From a virus: a stretch of 64,000 nt of DNA. A model generated the notes under the pieces. That model saw only the letters and a list, made by a program, of their open reading frames with translations. It was not told the origin of the DNA and made no database searches. The stretch spans positions 20,822-84,821 of IMG/VR virus record IMGVR_UViG_3300033149_007571; one strand, 5' to 3'. This document shows, piece after piece, positions 54,735 through 63,684 of the stretch (position 1 is the stretch's first letter; the number at the start of each line of letters is the position of its first letter). A program made the translations under genes and the position numbers.

Positions 54735-55633
54735 AGAGACAGGTCGTTTATCTGATGAGTGGTCAAGCTCATCTCCCATATTTGGTTGTGTCTCTCTACA
54801 CTCTCCGGAAACATTGGCCAGGGTCCGTTCGAGTTTTTGCTTGGCCTGAGTCCTTCGACATTGTGAAAACGATTGCTGAGGATACACGATTGGCAATCGA
54901 AGTTGAAGTCCATGAACCCAAGTATCGAGCAAGAAGAGATGAGGGTAGACGGGGCAATAATGACCAATTCATCTCGAAAATCAGATTGTTTCAGACCCTC
55001 CACGACATTGATATTGGTCTTTATCTGGATGCTGATTCGAGTATTCACGGCAATTTGATGCCACTATTCCGAGCGGCAAAACAATATGGTTTTTGTGCCA
55101 CACGTTTCTCATCTTGGACGACGGCAGGCAGCGTTCCGAGGAAGAGGATCAAACGGCTTCGAGAATTTGAGGAGATTGACAAGGGTTGTATTTCAACTGT
55201 GTTGAGAATTCCTTGGCCGAGTGTCAACGGAGGGGTTTGGGCAGCCAGACCGGATAGTCCTGTCCTCTCAACCTGGGAGCAATGGACTTGGGCGGCACGA
55301 CATATATTTATTGCGGATGAGACGGTTCTCCATGCGTTGCTACCTAAATACGTTCCAGAGAAGTTAATGTTTGTGTGGCCAGACGGTCGGTTCAATTGCT
55401 CATGCAATCCGAAGTGGATGCCGGAGAAGTTAGGCGAGGGAGACATAGTCGTTTGGCACTATCACGGAGATTCCAATGTGAGACCTGACAAGCATGGCGG
55501 GCATGCATACCGTCGGTGGTTGCCTATGTGGATGGAGTGTGTAGAGAAGAACATTGGTAATGTGTTGAGTTGGCTTCCAAACGAACAAAATGATTGGCTT
55601 GGAAATAAGTGGTTGGCTTTGCTGTCAGAATGA
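54731..55633 (+). CDS. GT8-like glycosyltransferase
   Basis: LVVSLYTLRKH, GLYLDAD, VNGGV, DE, WHYHG. Confidence 0.75.
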   Translation: MKRQVVYLMSGQAHLPYLVVSLYTLRKHWPGSVRVFAWPESFDIVKTIAEDTRLAIEVEVHEPKYRARRDEGRRGNNDQFISKIRLFQTLHDIDIGLYLDADSSIHGNLMPLFRAAKQYGFCATRFSSWTTAGSVPRKRIKRLREFEEIDKGCISTVLRIPWPSVNGGVWAARPDSPVLSTWEQWTWAARHIFIADETVLHALLPKYVPEKLMFVWPDGRFNCSCNPKWMPEKLGEGDIVVWHYHGDSNVRPDKHGGHAYRRWLPMWMECVEKNIGNVLSWLPNEQNDWLGNKWLALLSE

Positions 55634-55694
55634 GGTAGGCAATAGTAAACTCGTGTCTGACTGAAAACAATCATACATCGTAAAAGGATCATGA

Positions 55695-56255
55695 ATGAGA
55701 AAACACGAAAAATCTCTTGTGCGTGTTCTCTTTGCCGAATTTGGAAAAGAGCGCACCATCCGCGGTGCAGAAGTGGGTGTGTGGAAAGGACATCTTTCGG
55801 CAGAATTGTTGAGGTTCTTTCCCGATCTCCATCTTGTAATGGTCGACCTATGGAGTATTCCTCCTGGTCCGTCGTCAATGCGTGAAAGAGACAATAACGC
55901 TTCTGCCATGTTGAAAGCAATGAAGATGGCTCGAACGCAAACCGAGTTTGCCTCGGCTCGTCGGAGGCTATACCAAGAAGCCAGTGTAGATGCAGCTAGG
56001 CGTTTCTCTGTAGGAAGTTTCGATTTCGTGTTTATTGATGCTGATCATTACTACAAGAGTGTAGTAGCTGACATATTAGCTTGGTGGCCAAGAGTCAAGG
56101 TTGGAGGGATACTTGCTGGCCATGATTATAATGGCGTTGGCGACCGTCGAAAGGGATGGGGGGTGAAAAAGGCAGTTGATCGTTTTGCTATAGCTCAACA
56201 CGTTCCAATTAATGTAGAGCCTGGCTTGGTTTGGTGGACGAAGAAAACGGTGTAG
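55695..56255 (+). CDS. Class I SAM methyltransferase (Methyltransf_24-like)
   Basis: GAEVGVWKG, FDFVFIDADHYY, VKVGGILAGHDY. Confidence 0.88.
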   Translation: MRKHEKSLVRVLFAEFGKERTIRGAEVGVWKGHLSAELLRFFPDLHLVMVDLWSIPPGPSSMRERDNNASAMLKAMKMARTQTEFASARRRLYQEASVDAARRFSVGSFDFVFIDADHYYKSVVADILAWWPRVKVGGILAGHDYNGVGDRRKGWGVKKAVDRFAIAQHVPINVEPGLVWWTKKTV

Positions 56256-56290
56256 CGTATGCCCAAAGAGTTACTGTTTGTTGGAAAGTC

Positions 56291-56929
56291 ATGAGGAAGA
56301 AAAATCCGATTGCCGTTCTCAAAACACTCTTCCCTTGGCCGGAAGAGAGACCGGATGTTCCGTTGAGAAGAGAGCGTTGGTTCAACACGAGAAAGCAGGT
56401 TCTTCTCCGTCGAGTTGTATCAAGAGATTCGAAGTTGGTTGTGGAACTAGGTTCTTGGGTTGGCGACTCGACACAATGGTTTTTGACCCATTGTCCAAAA
56501 GCGGTTGTTATAGCTGTTGATACTTGGCTTGGAAGTTGTGAGCACTTAGTGAAGAGACGGGCTTTGTTGCCAATACTTTATGAAACGTTCTTGGCAAATT
56601 GTTGGGAGTACCGAGATCGGCTCATCCCGTTTAGGAACACATCCCTTACAGCTTTGAGCTATCTTAGCAAATTGGGGTTAAAACCCGATGTGATCTATTT
56701 TGACTCGGATCATTCTTATTGGGGATTGACAGCAGAATTAGAGATGGCGTGTGAATTGTTTCCTGGAACAGAGTTTCTCGGCGACGATTATTCGGGAGGC
56801 AAGATTGCGAAGACTTTGGAAGATTGTCTACATCGACAATATCGTTCGGTTCTCTATGATCGTTCAAAGGAACCACTCTTTTCTAGGGTCGAAGATTTGA
56901 ATGATACTTGGCATTTGGTGAAGGTGTGA
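56291..56929 (+). CDS. Class I SAM methyltransferase (Methyltransf_24-like)
   Basis: VVELGSWVGDS, AVDTW, DVIYFDSDHSY, GDDY. Confidence 0.85.
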   Translation: MRKKNPIAVLKTLFPWPEERPDVPLRRERWFNTRKQVLLRRVVSRDSKLVVELGSWVGDSTQWFLTHCPKAVVIAVDTWLGSCEHLVKRRALLPILYETFLANCWEYRDRLIPFRNTSLTALSYLSKLGLKPDVIYFDSDHSYWGLTAELEMACELFPGTEFLGDDYSGGKIAKTLEDCLHRQYRSVLYDRSKEPLFSRVEDLNDTWHLVKV

Positions 56930-57014
56930 GAAGAGATGAGCAGGCAAGAATAGTAGCTGTCCATAGGGTTGGATTTGCTTGTAGAACTGGGATTCGTTTG
57001 GTGGATGATGTATT

Positions 57015-57599
57015 ATGACAAATGTTGGAATCTACTCCGAATCGTTTCAACAACGAAAGAATGCCGAGCATAAGAGCAAACCCATACACAGGGGCACAAA
57101 GGGTTTGATTCGTGCTATTCTTGCTATAATTCCTAAGCACGAATCGATAATAGACTTAGGGGCAGGAAGCGGCCGACACGTGAGATTATTAACGTCGGAA
57201 GGCTATCATTGCATGGGGATCGATGGAACACCTAATGTATGTCAGATTACAGAAGGTTGGGTAGAACAAAGGGACTTGTTATATCCGCTTAGAGATGTTG
57301 GCACTTGGGATTGGGGTTTGTTCTACGATGTCGGAGAGCATGTTCCTCGGGAGCACGAAGAAAAACTGATCGACAACATCTGTTCGGTTCCTCGGAAGGG
57401 ATTGATCATCTCGTGGGGCTTCCCACACGAACGAGGACGAGGACACGTCAACTGTAGGACGCAGGTACATGTAGCTTGTGAATTTGCCCGCCGAGGATTC
57501 TGGGCAGATGATGAGTTGACTCAACGGGCAAGAGATGCCTCCGGATTCAGGCAACATTACATTCGTTTGTTTGTAGCAATTCGGAAATCGAAGTGGTGA
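57015..57599 (+). CDS. Class I SAM methyltransferase
   Basis: IIDLGAGSG, GIDG, VGEHVP, GHVNC. Confidence 0.82.
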   Translation: MTNVGIYSESFQQRKNAEHKSKPIHRGTKGLIRAILAIIPKHESIIDLGAGSGRHVRLLTSEGYHCMGIDGTPNVCQITEGWVEQRDLLYPLRDVGTWDWGLFYDVGEHVPREHEEKLIDNICSVPRKGLIISWGFPHERGRGHVNCRTQVHVACEFARRGFWADDELTQRARDASGFRQHYIRLFVAIRKSKW

Positions 57600-57615
57600 C
57601 AAGGGGAAAGACAAG

Positions 57616-58107
57616 ATGGGTTGGACAGAACGTTGGATGGACTTGGCTAATCTTATTGCCTCTTGGAGCAAAGACCGTTCGAGGAAAGTTGGTTGTGTAA
57701 TCGTTGACGAACGGCAAACCGTTGTAAGTTTAGGTTGGAATGGATTTCCAAGGGGGGTCGATGATAACGTTGGAGTTAGGCACGAACGACCGGCCAAGTA
57801 TTTGTGGACACATCATGCTGAAGCTAATGCAATAGACAATGCGGCTGCCAATGGACGAGCTTGCAAACATTGTACGATGTATCTAACTTGGTACCCGTGT
57901 GCATCGTGTGCTCGTCACATTATCCAAGCTGGTATTCGCCATCTCGTTTGCGTCGAACCGGATTGGGAAGACATCTCGTTCAGTTCCGATTTCCACGCCT
58001 CTAGAAGTATGCTAAGAGAAGCTGGTGTGTCCACATTTTACGTCTCTGATAGACGGCCACCCGAGAGGAAGGATAGGATTCGGAACGAGCCAATCGAGGT
58101 TACTTAG
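57616..58107 (+). CDS. dCMP deaminase
   Basis: SKD..KVGCVIV, GWNGFPRG, HAEANA, PCASC. Confidence 0.92.
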   Translation: MGWTERWMDLANLIASWSKDRSRKVGCVIVDERQTVVSLGWNGFPRGVDDNVGVRHERPAKYLWTHHAEANAIDNAAANGRACKHCTMYLTWYPCASCARHIIQAGIRHLVCVEPDWEDISFSSDFHASRSMLREAGVSTFYVSDRRPPERKDRIRNEPIEVT

Positions 58108-58129
58108 ATTTAATGAGAGAGGAAAGGCG

Positions 58130-58696
58130 ATGCCAATTGACTATAGTCAATTCTCTTATGCTGCTCCGCCAGGAACGGGCGTGAGTTGGGTGACTGAGGC
58201 TTGTCGGGTGGTAGGGTTGATAGGATATGGTAATGGAGTATCGCTTCCGTTCCCTAAGGAGAGGAACAAAAACAAGTTGAGAATCTCCACCGTTCGTCAT
58301 CCCTGTCATTGGCTTCGTAGCGTTTACGATATGAAAACGATGGGTGGTTGGATTTCCGGTCCCTTCTTAACACTCTTTGTTTATTGGCCCATATTTGACA
58401 GGTTATGCACAACGACTTTTGATTTGTTTGTGAGAGATTACTTGCACTTGGCAAGGGGACAAATAAGCAAGGTCTTTAATTCATATCGTTGCGACGTCCG
58501 TATGCGGTTGGAAGATATGCCGTGGCCGTTGGTTCAATTGTTCGATTCGCTTGGTGTTCCTGATTGTGAACAAGACAAGGTTGTTGCTATGGGAAAGAGG
58601 ATAGAATCGCTTTACAAGTCAACATGGAACGACCTTTTATTTCAACAGGTGATGGATAGTGAATCAGAACTTTGTGCCGAGCTCGATTATTTCTAA
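58130..58696 (+). CDS. Sulfotransferase-like protein
   Basis: AAPPGTGVSW, VRHPCHWLRSVY, RLED; ends LDY. Confidence 0.6.
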   Translation: MPIDYSQFSYAAPPGTGVSWVTEACRVVGLIGYGNGVSLPFPKERNKNKLRISTVRHPCHWLRSVYDMKTMGGWISGPFLTLFVYWPIFDRLCTTTFDLFVRDYLHLARGQISKVFNSYRCDVRMRLEDMPWPLVQLFDSLGVPDCEQDKVVAMGKRIESLYKSTWNDLLFQQVMDSESELCAELDYF

Positions 58697-58708
58697 AAGG
58701 GCAACACA

Positions 58709-59425
58709 ATGTTCGATGGATCATCTCGTAGGAAGACGCTCATTCTCATCCCTGCACGGATGGAGAGCAAACGGTTGCCAGGCAAACCGATGTTAAAGGC
58801 TGCGGGGAGGGCTCTTGTTCATTGGACTTATTTACAAGCGAAGAAAACTAGGGCTGACCACGTCATTGTGGCTACCGATAGTCAAGCTATTGCTCGGTAT
58901 TGTCATAGCAATGGGTTAGTGTGGATGTCTTCGAGCAGTTCTTTACCGAATGGTACTTCGCGTTGTCACGATGTTTATATGAGGATGAGACCAGAAGTGC
59001 GGGAGAACACGAGGACGGTCGTGAATTGGCAAGTGGACGAACCGTGCATCAATCCTGCAGAGGTGGATCTCCTACTTGATCAGAGGATCGGAACGATAGG
59101 CACGCTCGTTTATCCTAAATGTCCTGTTGATGCTGATTCCAATCATGTTCGTGTGGTGTATTCGAAGGGGAAATGCCATTGGTTCTCGCGAGCTCCAATG
59201 GCGGGATCAGGCACCCACATTGGTATCTATTCGTTCTGCCCTTTTCTGTTGCAGATGGTTTCCCTGCTAGAGATCTCGAAGTATGCTTCGATGGAACGTT
59301 TGGAGCAATTGACTTGGGTAGAAAACGGGATGTTGATAACTCCGACAGAGGTTGCCGAGTTACCTTTGGCAATCAACACAAAGGAGGACTGGATCGAATT
59401 CAAGAAGATGAAGGAGGCAGCATGA
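58709..59425 (+). CDS. kdsB: CMP-Kdo synthetase-like cytidylyltransferase
   Basis: IPARMESKRLPGKPM, VATD, GTSR, NWQVDEP, FSRAP, HIGIY, ERLEQL. Confidence 0.9.
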   Translation: MFDGSSRRKTLILIPARMESKRLPGKPMLKAAGRALVHWTYLQAKKTRADHVIVATDSQAIARYCHSNGLVWMSSSSSLPNGTSRCHDVYMRMRPEVRENTRTVVNWQVDEPCINPAEVDLLLDQRIGTIGTLVYPKCPVDADSNHVRVVYSKGKCHWFSRAPMAGSGTHIGIYSFCPFLLQMVSLLEISKYASMERLEQLTWVENGMLITPTEVAELPLAINTKEDWIEFKKMKEAA

Positions 59426-59658
59426 TGCGATTTCTTTTTGCCGAGCCGTCCCTTGTAGAAGGAATAAGCCGCCTATTCGACTGGGGCGGAACGCTCAATC
59501 AATACGACACGTCGCACACCGGCGCGGAGGCTGATCGGCTTGCCCTGTTATTTGATTGGACAGCCATTGGCGAGGATTTCCTCCACGCCATAGAAGAGTA
59601 CGCGAAAGACGCGGGAGTGCCACAGCATCGTTCGGCATCGAGTTCGAGAACGACGTGA
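59422..59658 (+). CDS. Hypothetical protein
   Basis: FLFAEPSLVEGISRLFDWGG; ATGA overlap. Confidence 0.55.
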   Translation: MMRFLFAEPSLVEGISRLFDWGGTLNQYDTSHTGAEADRLALLFDWTAIGEDFLHAIEEYAKDAGVPQHRSASSSRTT

Positions 59659-59836
59659 GATCCGCGACTCTCTCATACGATACGGGACACGGCCCATTCT
59701 CGCACACTAGCGAGCAGTTCTTTATTAGGTTAAACCCAACCCCCGGAACAAAGACAGTGGCTATTCCGATCGTGCGGGGTAGCACGGCATTGAAGAATGA
59801 GACACAAGCCAGTAATTGAGATTGTTTCGTATTGTT

Positions 59837-60157
59837 ATGCTTAAGACAAGACTTCTCATACATAACGATGATGTACTTTTGCAACAGAAAGTTGAGAGAC
59901 CAAAAGATACTTTGAGTGCTGTGTTGTTCACTCAGTATGATGAGGTGCCCGCACCATTATGTGATGGAGGAGATTACCATCACGAATTATCCATTCGGAT
60001 CGTCGATAGAGCGTCAGACAATCCTATGGTGCAAATTCGTTGGAAGAGACACGAAAATGATCGGCAGAGGCATACTATAAAGATGCCGTGGCTGGTGTTT
60101 TGGGAAGCGATCGTTGCAGCAGCAGAAAGGGCGAGGAAAGGGAGTATTGAAGAATGA
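59837..60157 (+). CDS. Hypothetical protein
   Basis: ORF coupled to the next gene; start uncertain. Confidence 0.45.
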   Translation: MLKTRLLIHNDDVLLQQKVERPKDTLSAVLFTQYDEVPAPLCDGGDYHHELSIRIVDRASDNPMVQIRWKRHENDRQRHTIKMPWLVFWEAIVAAAERARKGSIEE

Positions 60158-60891
60158 GACACAAGCCGGTAGTTGAGATCATTTCGCATTGTTATGCTAA
60201 AGAGCTGCACCATTTTGCAGCTTGTTTGGTTTACCAAACCAGCAGTCTGGTTTTGGATCGACCGAGGCTTTGCGATGTTTGTTTAACTATGTGTGTTTGT
60301 AATGAGGATGAGCGAACAATGCAAGTGGTGGAATGGGCCAAGCGAAAGCTGGTTGAGTTTGGTCATACCTATGTTGTTTGTCACCTTAGCCAAACTGAAA
60401 TTGGACGACGTTGCATTGGGCGAAACGAAGCCGCTGGTTTCTCTAAAGCTGACATTGTTTGGTTTGCCGACGTTGATCAGGTTTATCGAGACGGGATACT
60501 CGACCGGCTTGTATCAATGCATTGGCCAGATGCAGCGGTGATGGTGTACCCGCGAGAGATTCGAATCCATAAGGACCATGCGACAGGAGACAAACGAACC
60601 TCAGCAGTGGATTTGAACCACCTCCGTGTTGTTGATATCGATCCTGCTGAGTTTGTCGTCAAACGCTATCGCAAAGCGATTGGTGGTGTCCAAATCGTTC
60701 GCGGAGATTTTGCTCGCCAATACGGATATCTAGATGGTAATGATAGGTGGCAACAAACGACTAACAAACCATTCGGCGACTTCCGCGATGACATAGCTTA
60801 TCGTCGTTTCTGCTTGCAGTACGGGAATATTGTCGGAGTTGATTTACCAGGAATGTACCGCATACGTCACACGGCAGTTAGTTACAAATGA
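60154..60891 (+). CDS. GT2-like glycosyltransferase
   Basis: GRNEAA, IVWFADVD, GGVQIV, DDIAY, IRH. Confidence 0.75.
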   Translation: MRHKPVVEIISHCYAKELHHFAACLVYQTSSLVLDRPRLCDVCLTMCVCNEDERTMQVVEWAKRKLVEFGHTYVVCHLSQTEIGRRCIGRNEAAGFSKADIVWFADVDQVYRDGILDRLVSMHWPDAAVMVYPREIRIHKDHATGDKRTSAVDLNHLRVVDIDPAEFVVKRYRKAIGGVQIVRGDFARQYGYLDGNDRWQQTTNKPFGDFRDDIAYRRFCLQYGNIVGVDLPGMYRIRHTAVSYK

Positions 60892-60902
60892 GGTGAATCA
60901 CT

Positions 60903-61154
60903 ATGTGGTTAAAACGATTGCTCAAGCAACTGAAGGCTTTCTTCTGCTCACCCCCGTCGATGACGTTGGAATGTTGCATTCGAGGAGAGCGGGAGACTTT
61001 CATTATCTATGGTTCCGCCGGTTTCTGTCTTAAAGGGCATTCCCTCAACGGAGATCGTATCATCCGTAAGAGAGACGCGATCGATCAGGTTCGTTGGCAA
61101 CGAATATGGGATCACTTGAATCCCAACGCGGTTCTCACTTGGGTAGATGGGTAG
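60903..61154 (+). CDS. Hypothetical protein
   Basis: GAGGTG RBS. Confidence 0.5.
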   Translation: MWLKRLLKQLKAFFCSPPSMTLECCIRGERETFIIYGSAGFCLKGHSLNGDRIIRKRDAIDQVRWQRIWDHLNPNAVLTWVDG

Positions 61155-61239
61155 GTGGATGATCTCCACCCGATGGGGGGGAGGCCGAGCAATCGATTCT
61201 AAGGGCAAGGACGAAATGTGGGATGAGGACATCGAATCC

Positions 61240-61408
61240 CCCCGAAGCTCCCCCTGAGACGGCAACGTCGGCCACCAGGTGGGTTGTCTGGCATCGTTTC
61301 TCCCTCTTGTTCCTTCTCTGGAGATGTCTCCCCCTTTCAGGGGAGAAGAGAGTCCCCCTCTTGCGGCTCCGCCAAGCCGCCAGAATCTGCCGAAATCCGC
61401 CAAAATTC
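61240..61408 (-). repeat. Non-coding dispersed repeat, copy 2 (inverted relative to 2247-2395)
   Basis: 41/43-nt core identity plus shared TCTCCCC/GGGGAGA hairpin and CCGCCAGAATCTGCC end. Confidence 0.9.
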
Positions 61409-61431
61409 TCCGGAATCTGGCGAATATCATG

Positions 61432-61460
61432 TGGACTTCCGGCGTCTAGGATTATAGAAT
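61432..61460 (+). promoter_or_regulatory. Sigma70-type early promoter
   Basis: TGGACT-17 bp-TAGAAT upstream of the small-gene cluster. Confidence 0.75.
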
Positions 61461-61507
61461 TCAATAAACAAAGGGGCAAGGCAGATACAAACGAAAGGAC
61501 CAATACG

Positions 61508-61801
61508 ATGACCGAGTTGACCCAGGAAGTCGCCGCGAACGAGCAATTCGAGGCTGAGACGATCGGAGCGAGAGTGGACGGCCACGACTACACGATCGCC
61601 GAACTGCGGAAAATCTCAGATCGAGTATTCGATGCGACAAACTGGAAAGCGCCTTGGACGGCGTACGTGCCTTACCAGTTGGTGCCCGTAGTGACGGCGG
61701 CAGTGGAGTTCTTTCACGCGGATACGCCTCGCGTCGTCGGCATGGAACCCGCACCGAGTACTGGCCGTGTACTGATGGCAGGTCGAGGCTATCAAGGCTA
61801 A
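61508..61801 (+). CDS. Hypothetical early protein
   Basis: AAGGA RBS before ATG 61508. Confidence 0.7.
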   Translation: MTELTQEVAANEQFEAETIGARVDGHDYTIAELRKISDRVFDATNWKAPWTAYVPYQLVPVVTAAVEFFHADTPRVVGMEPAPSTGRVLMAGRGYQG

Positions 61802-62174
61802 CTAAGGAGGATCGACAAATGACCCCGGAAGTTGAGTACCTACGTGGAGTGTTGCGACAAGCATCCGAAGCATTAACTGCCGCGTGCACTCTGCTTGATC
61901 GCCAACTGGGTGCAGGCTGGCGGCGCGAGTGGGCCATTGCCGACATCGCAACTCTTGTAAATCGGGAAGCCAACGGTTGGCCCACGTTTGAGGACGCCGA
62001 GGAGGAGGCGGAGCGTCGCAATGCTGCTGAAGGGTTGTCCCGCGATAACCCCGAAGCATGGGGCGTGTGGGTCACCGCAGAAGGTGCGCCAGTGGTCACG
62101 AAACCCGACTAGTGAACAAGCCCGCGCCAAGTACCAGCCGTGTACTAATGGCAAGCCAAGGTTATCAGGGCTAA
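61748..62174 (+). repeat. 54-bp direct repeat pair (61748-61801, 62121-62174)
   Basis: 44/54 identical, all mismatches transitions. Confidence 0.88.
61819..62112 (+). CDS. Hypothetical early protein
   Basis: AAGGAGG RBS before ATG 61819. Confidence 0.7.
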   Translation: MTPEVEYLRGVLRQASEALTAACTLLDRQLGAGWRREWAIADIATLVNREANGWPTFEDAEEEAERRNAAEGLSRDNPEAWGVWVTAEGAPVVTKPD

Positions 62175-62195
62175 CATTTTGAACAGGAGAATATC

Positions 62196-62477
62196 ATGAA
62201 CATCGAATGGCGAACGAACAACGCGTATGACAGTGTGCTCGTGATCGACGACGAGGGCAAGGTCGTTACCTGGTTCGCGAACAACAGCGCGGACTCGATC
62301 CGCGACATGTTGGTCGAGCTGGGCGATGTGGGCGATTGGGAAGGGCGAGATCCAGAAGAGGTCACGGATCCTAATGAGTACGGCGAGTTGGTCCTGTGTC
62401 GAGCCGCAGACGGCGCCGTTTTGGAGATCGGCCCACAATTCGCGGAGCGGCTGGCGTTCTGGTTCCGCGGCGAGTGA
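62196..62477 (+). CDS. Acidic hypothetical early protein
   Basis: AGGAG RBS. Confidence 0.72.
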   Translation: MNIEWRTNNAYDSVLVIDDEGKVVTWFANNSADSIRDMLVELGDVGDWEGRDPEEVTDPNEYGELVLCRAADGAVLEIGPQFAERLAFWFRGE

Positions 62478-62503
62478 TTCCATTTATCTGAGGAGGACAA
62501 GAG

Positions 62504-63113
62504 ATGAGTACCTACTTAGCAATCCGGGACGGCGTTATTCGGGCGCGTGTTCCAAATGCAGAAATCCGTGATGGTGTTCTCGTGGGCCCGGCCGGCGAAC
62601 ATGTAATCGACGCCGAATTGGCTAAAGCCGACGGCCAGTACGAGCGAGTTCGTGAATTGGCGAAGGCCCATCGATCGAAAGTACATCGCCAGTCCTGGAA
62701 CCTCGCCCAGCGGCTTGTTGATTATCGAGGAGGAGGAATGGCACAAAAGGGAGCGTCAGCAGGCGGAGCAGTCCCCCGGCGCCAAAGAGCGAGCCGAAAT
62801 CGAGCAGTTGTGCCTAATGGCCGAACGCGAGCTCCACAGGGGAAACATCGAGGGCCATTTCCGGCTCCGGACTGAGGCAGACCAGCGCCTAGCGGCATGG
62901 CGTGCTAAGTATCCTCGCGCAGCGGCCGCCGAGCATGCGGCCGAGTTGCAGTCTCAAGCAGATCACGCAGAGCAGATGGCCGCGGGAGCTATGGTGTATG
63001 ATTGTGACGGCAGTCTCGGTCAGGACGATCAGGAGCAGCGCGCGACTAACTACCGCATCAAAGCGGCCAATCTTAGGGCCGAGGCCGAGAGAATGTCAAA
63101 GAATGCAAACTAG
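62504..63113 (+). pseudogene. Probable single early gene split by a frameshift (ORFs 62504-62875 and 62652-63113)
   Basis: First ORF has a GAGGAGG RBS and looks protein-like until about 62680; second lacks an RBS and looks protein-like after about 62700. Confidence 0.45.
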
Positions 63114-63177
63114 GCAAAGCCCAAGTCACTGGTGCCGTTCAAGTGCAGCAATAGCACCACAACTAGGAGTCACGACC

Positions 63178-63684
63178 ATGACCAACGACCAAACCATAGA
63201 CAAACTGTGTGCCGAGTGCCTTGCCCGCTTCGAGGGGCGAGATTACGACCCGGACGGACCGCCGGTGTGGGCATGGCACATTCACCACACAGAGTTGGTA
63301 GAGGTCCTAATCGAGCCGGTTGCTTCTCGTGTCGCCTGGATTTGCGATAACAAGGACCCAGCAGAGATTCCCAGAAGGCTCGAACGGCTGCGGCCTGTGT
63401 TGGGAGAGCTGCCCGAAGCGGTCGCCGAAGCTGGCCGTCGGCTCATCGAAGCTGCTAAAGTGTGTCGTAAGGTGTTCGGCGAGCCCACCCGAAGATACAG
63501 ATACAGCGAAGCCTTCACAGCGCTCGGTAAGGCAGGGCGGGCATACCACAAAGCCCGAAAGGCGCACGCAAAAGAATTGGAAGCTCTGCACGCTGTCGAA
63601 TGTCCCAACTGCCCGTGGAACGGAGAACAACTCGTGTTCCCGGAAAGCCTCGATGAAGAGGAGAGTCAACATGGGTTACAATAA
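63178..63684 (+). CDS. Hypothetical early protein
   Basis: AGGAG RBS before ATG 63178; WAWHIHH...LHAVECPNCPWNG. Confidence 0.72.
   Translation: MTNDQTIDKLCAECLARFEGRDYDPDGPPVWAWHIHHTELVEVLIEPVASRVAWICDNKDPAEIPRRLERLRPVLGELPEAVAEAGRRLIEAAKVCRKVFGEPTRRYRYSEAFTALGKAGRAYHKARKAHAKELEALHAVECPNCPWNGEQLVFPESLDEEESQHGLQ

Noticed and set aside
61223-61507. N-terminal extension of ORF 61223 and ORFs 2135-2436 as real coding sequence (shared PPETATS peptide)
   Set aside because: The similarity comes from the inverted DNA repeat, which has indels between copies, and a promoter plus RBS lie downstream at 61432-61508
61748-62174. DGR template/variable repeat pair
   Set aside because: Mismatches are not confined to adenines of one copy and there is no reverse transcriptase in the window
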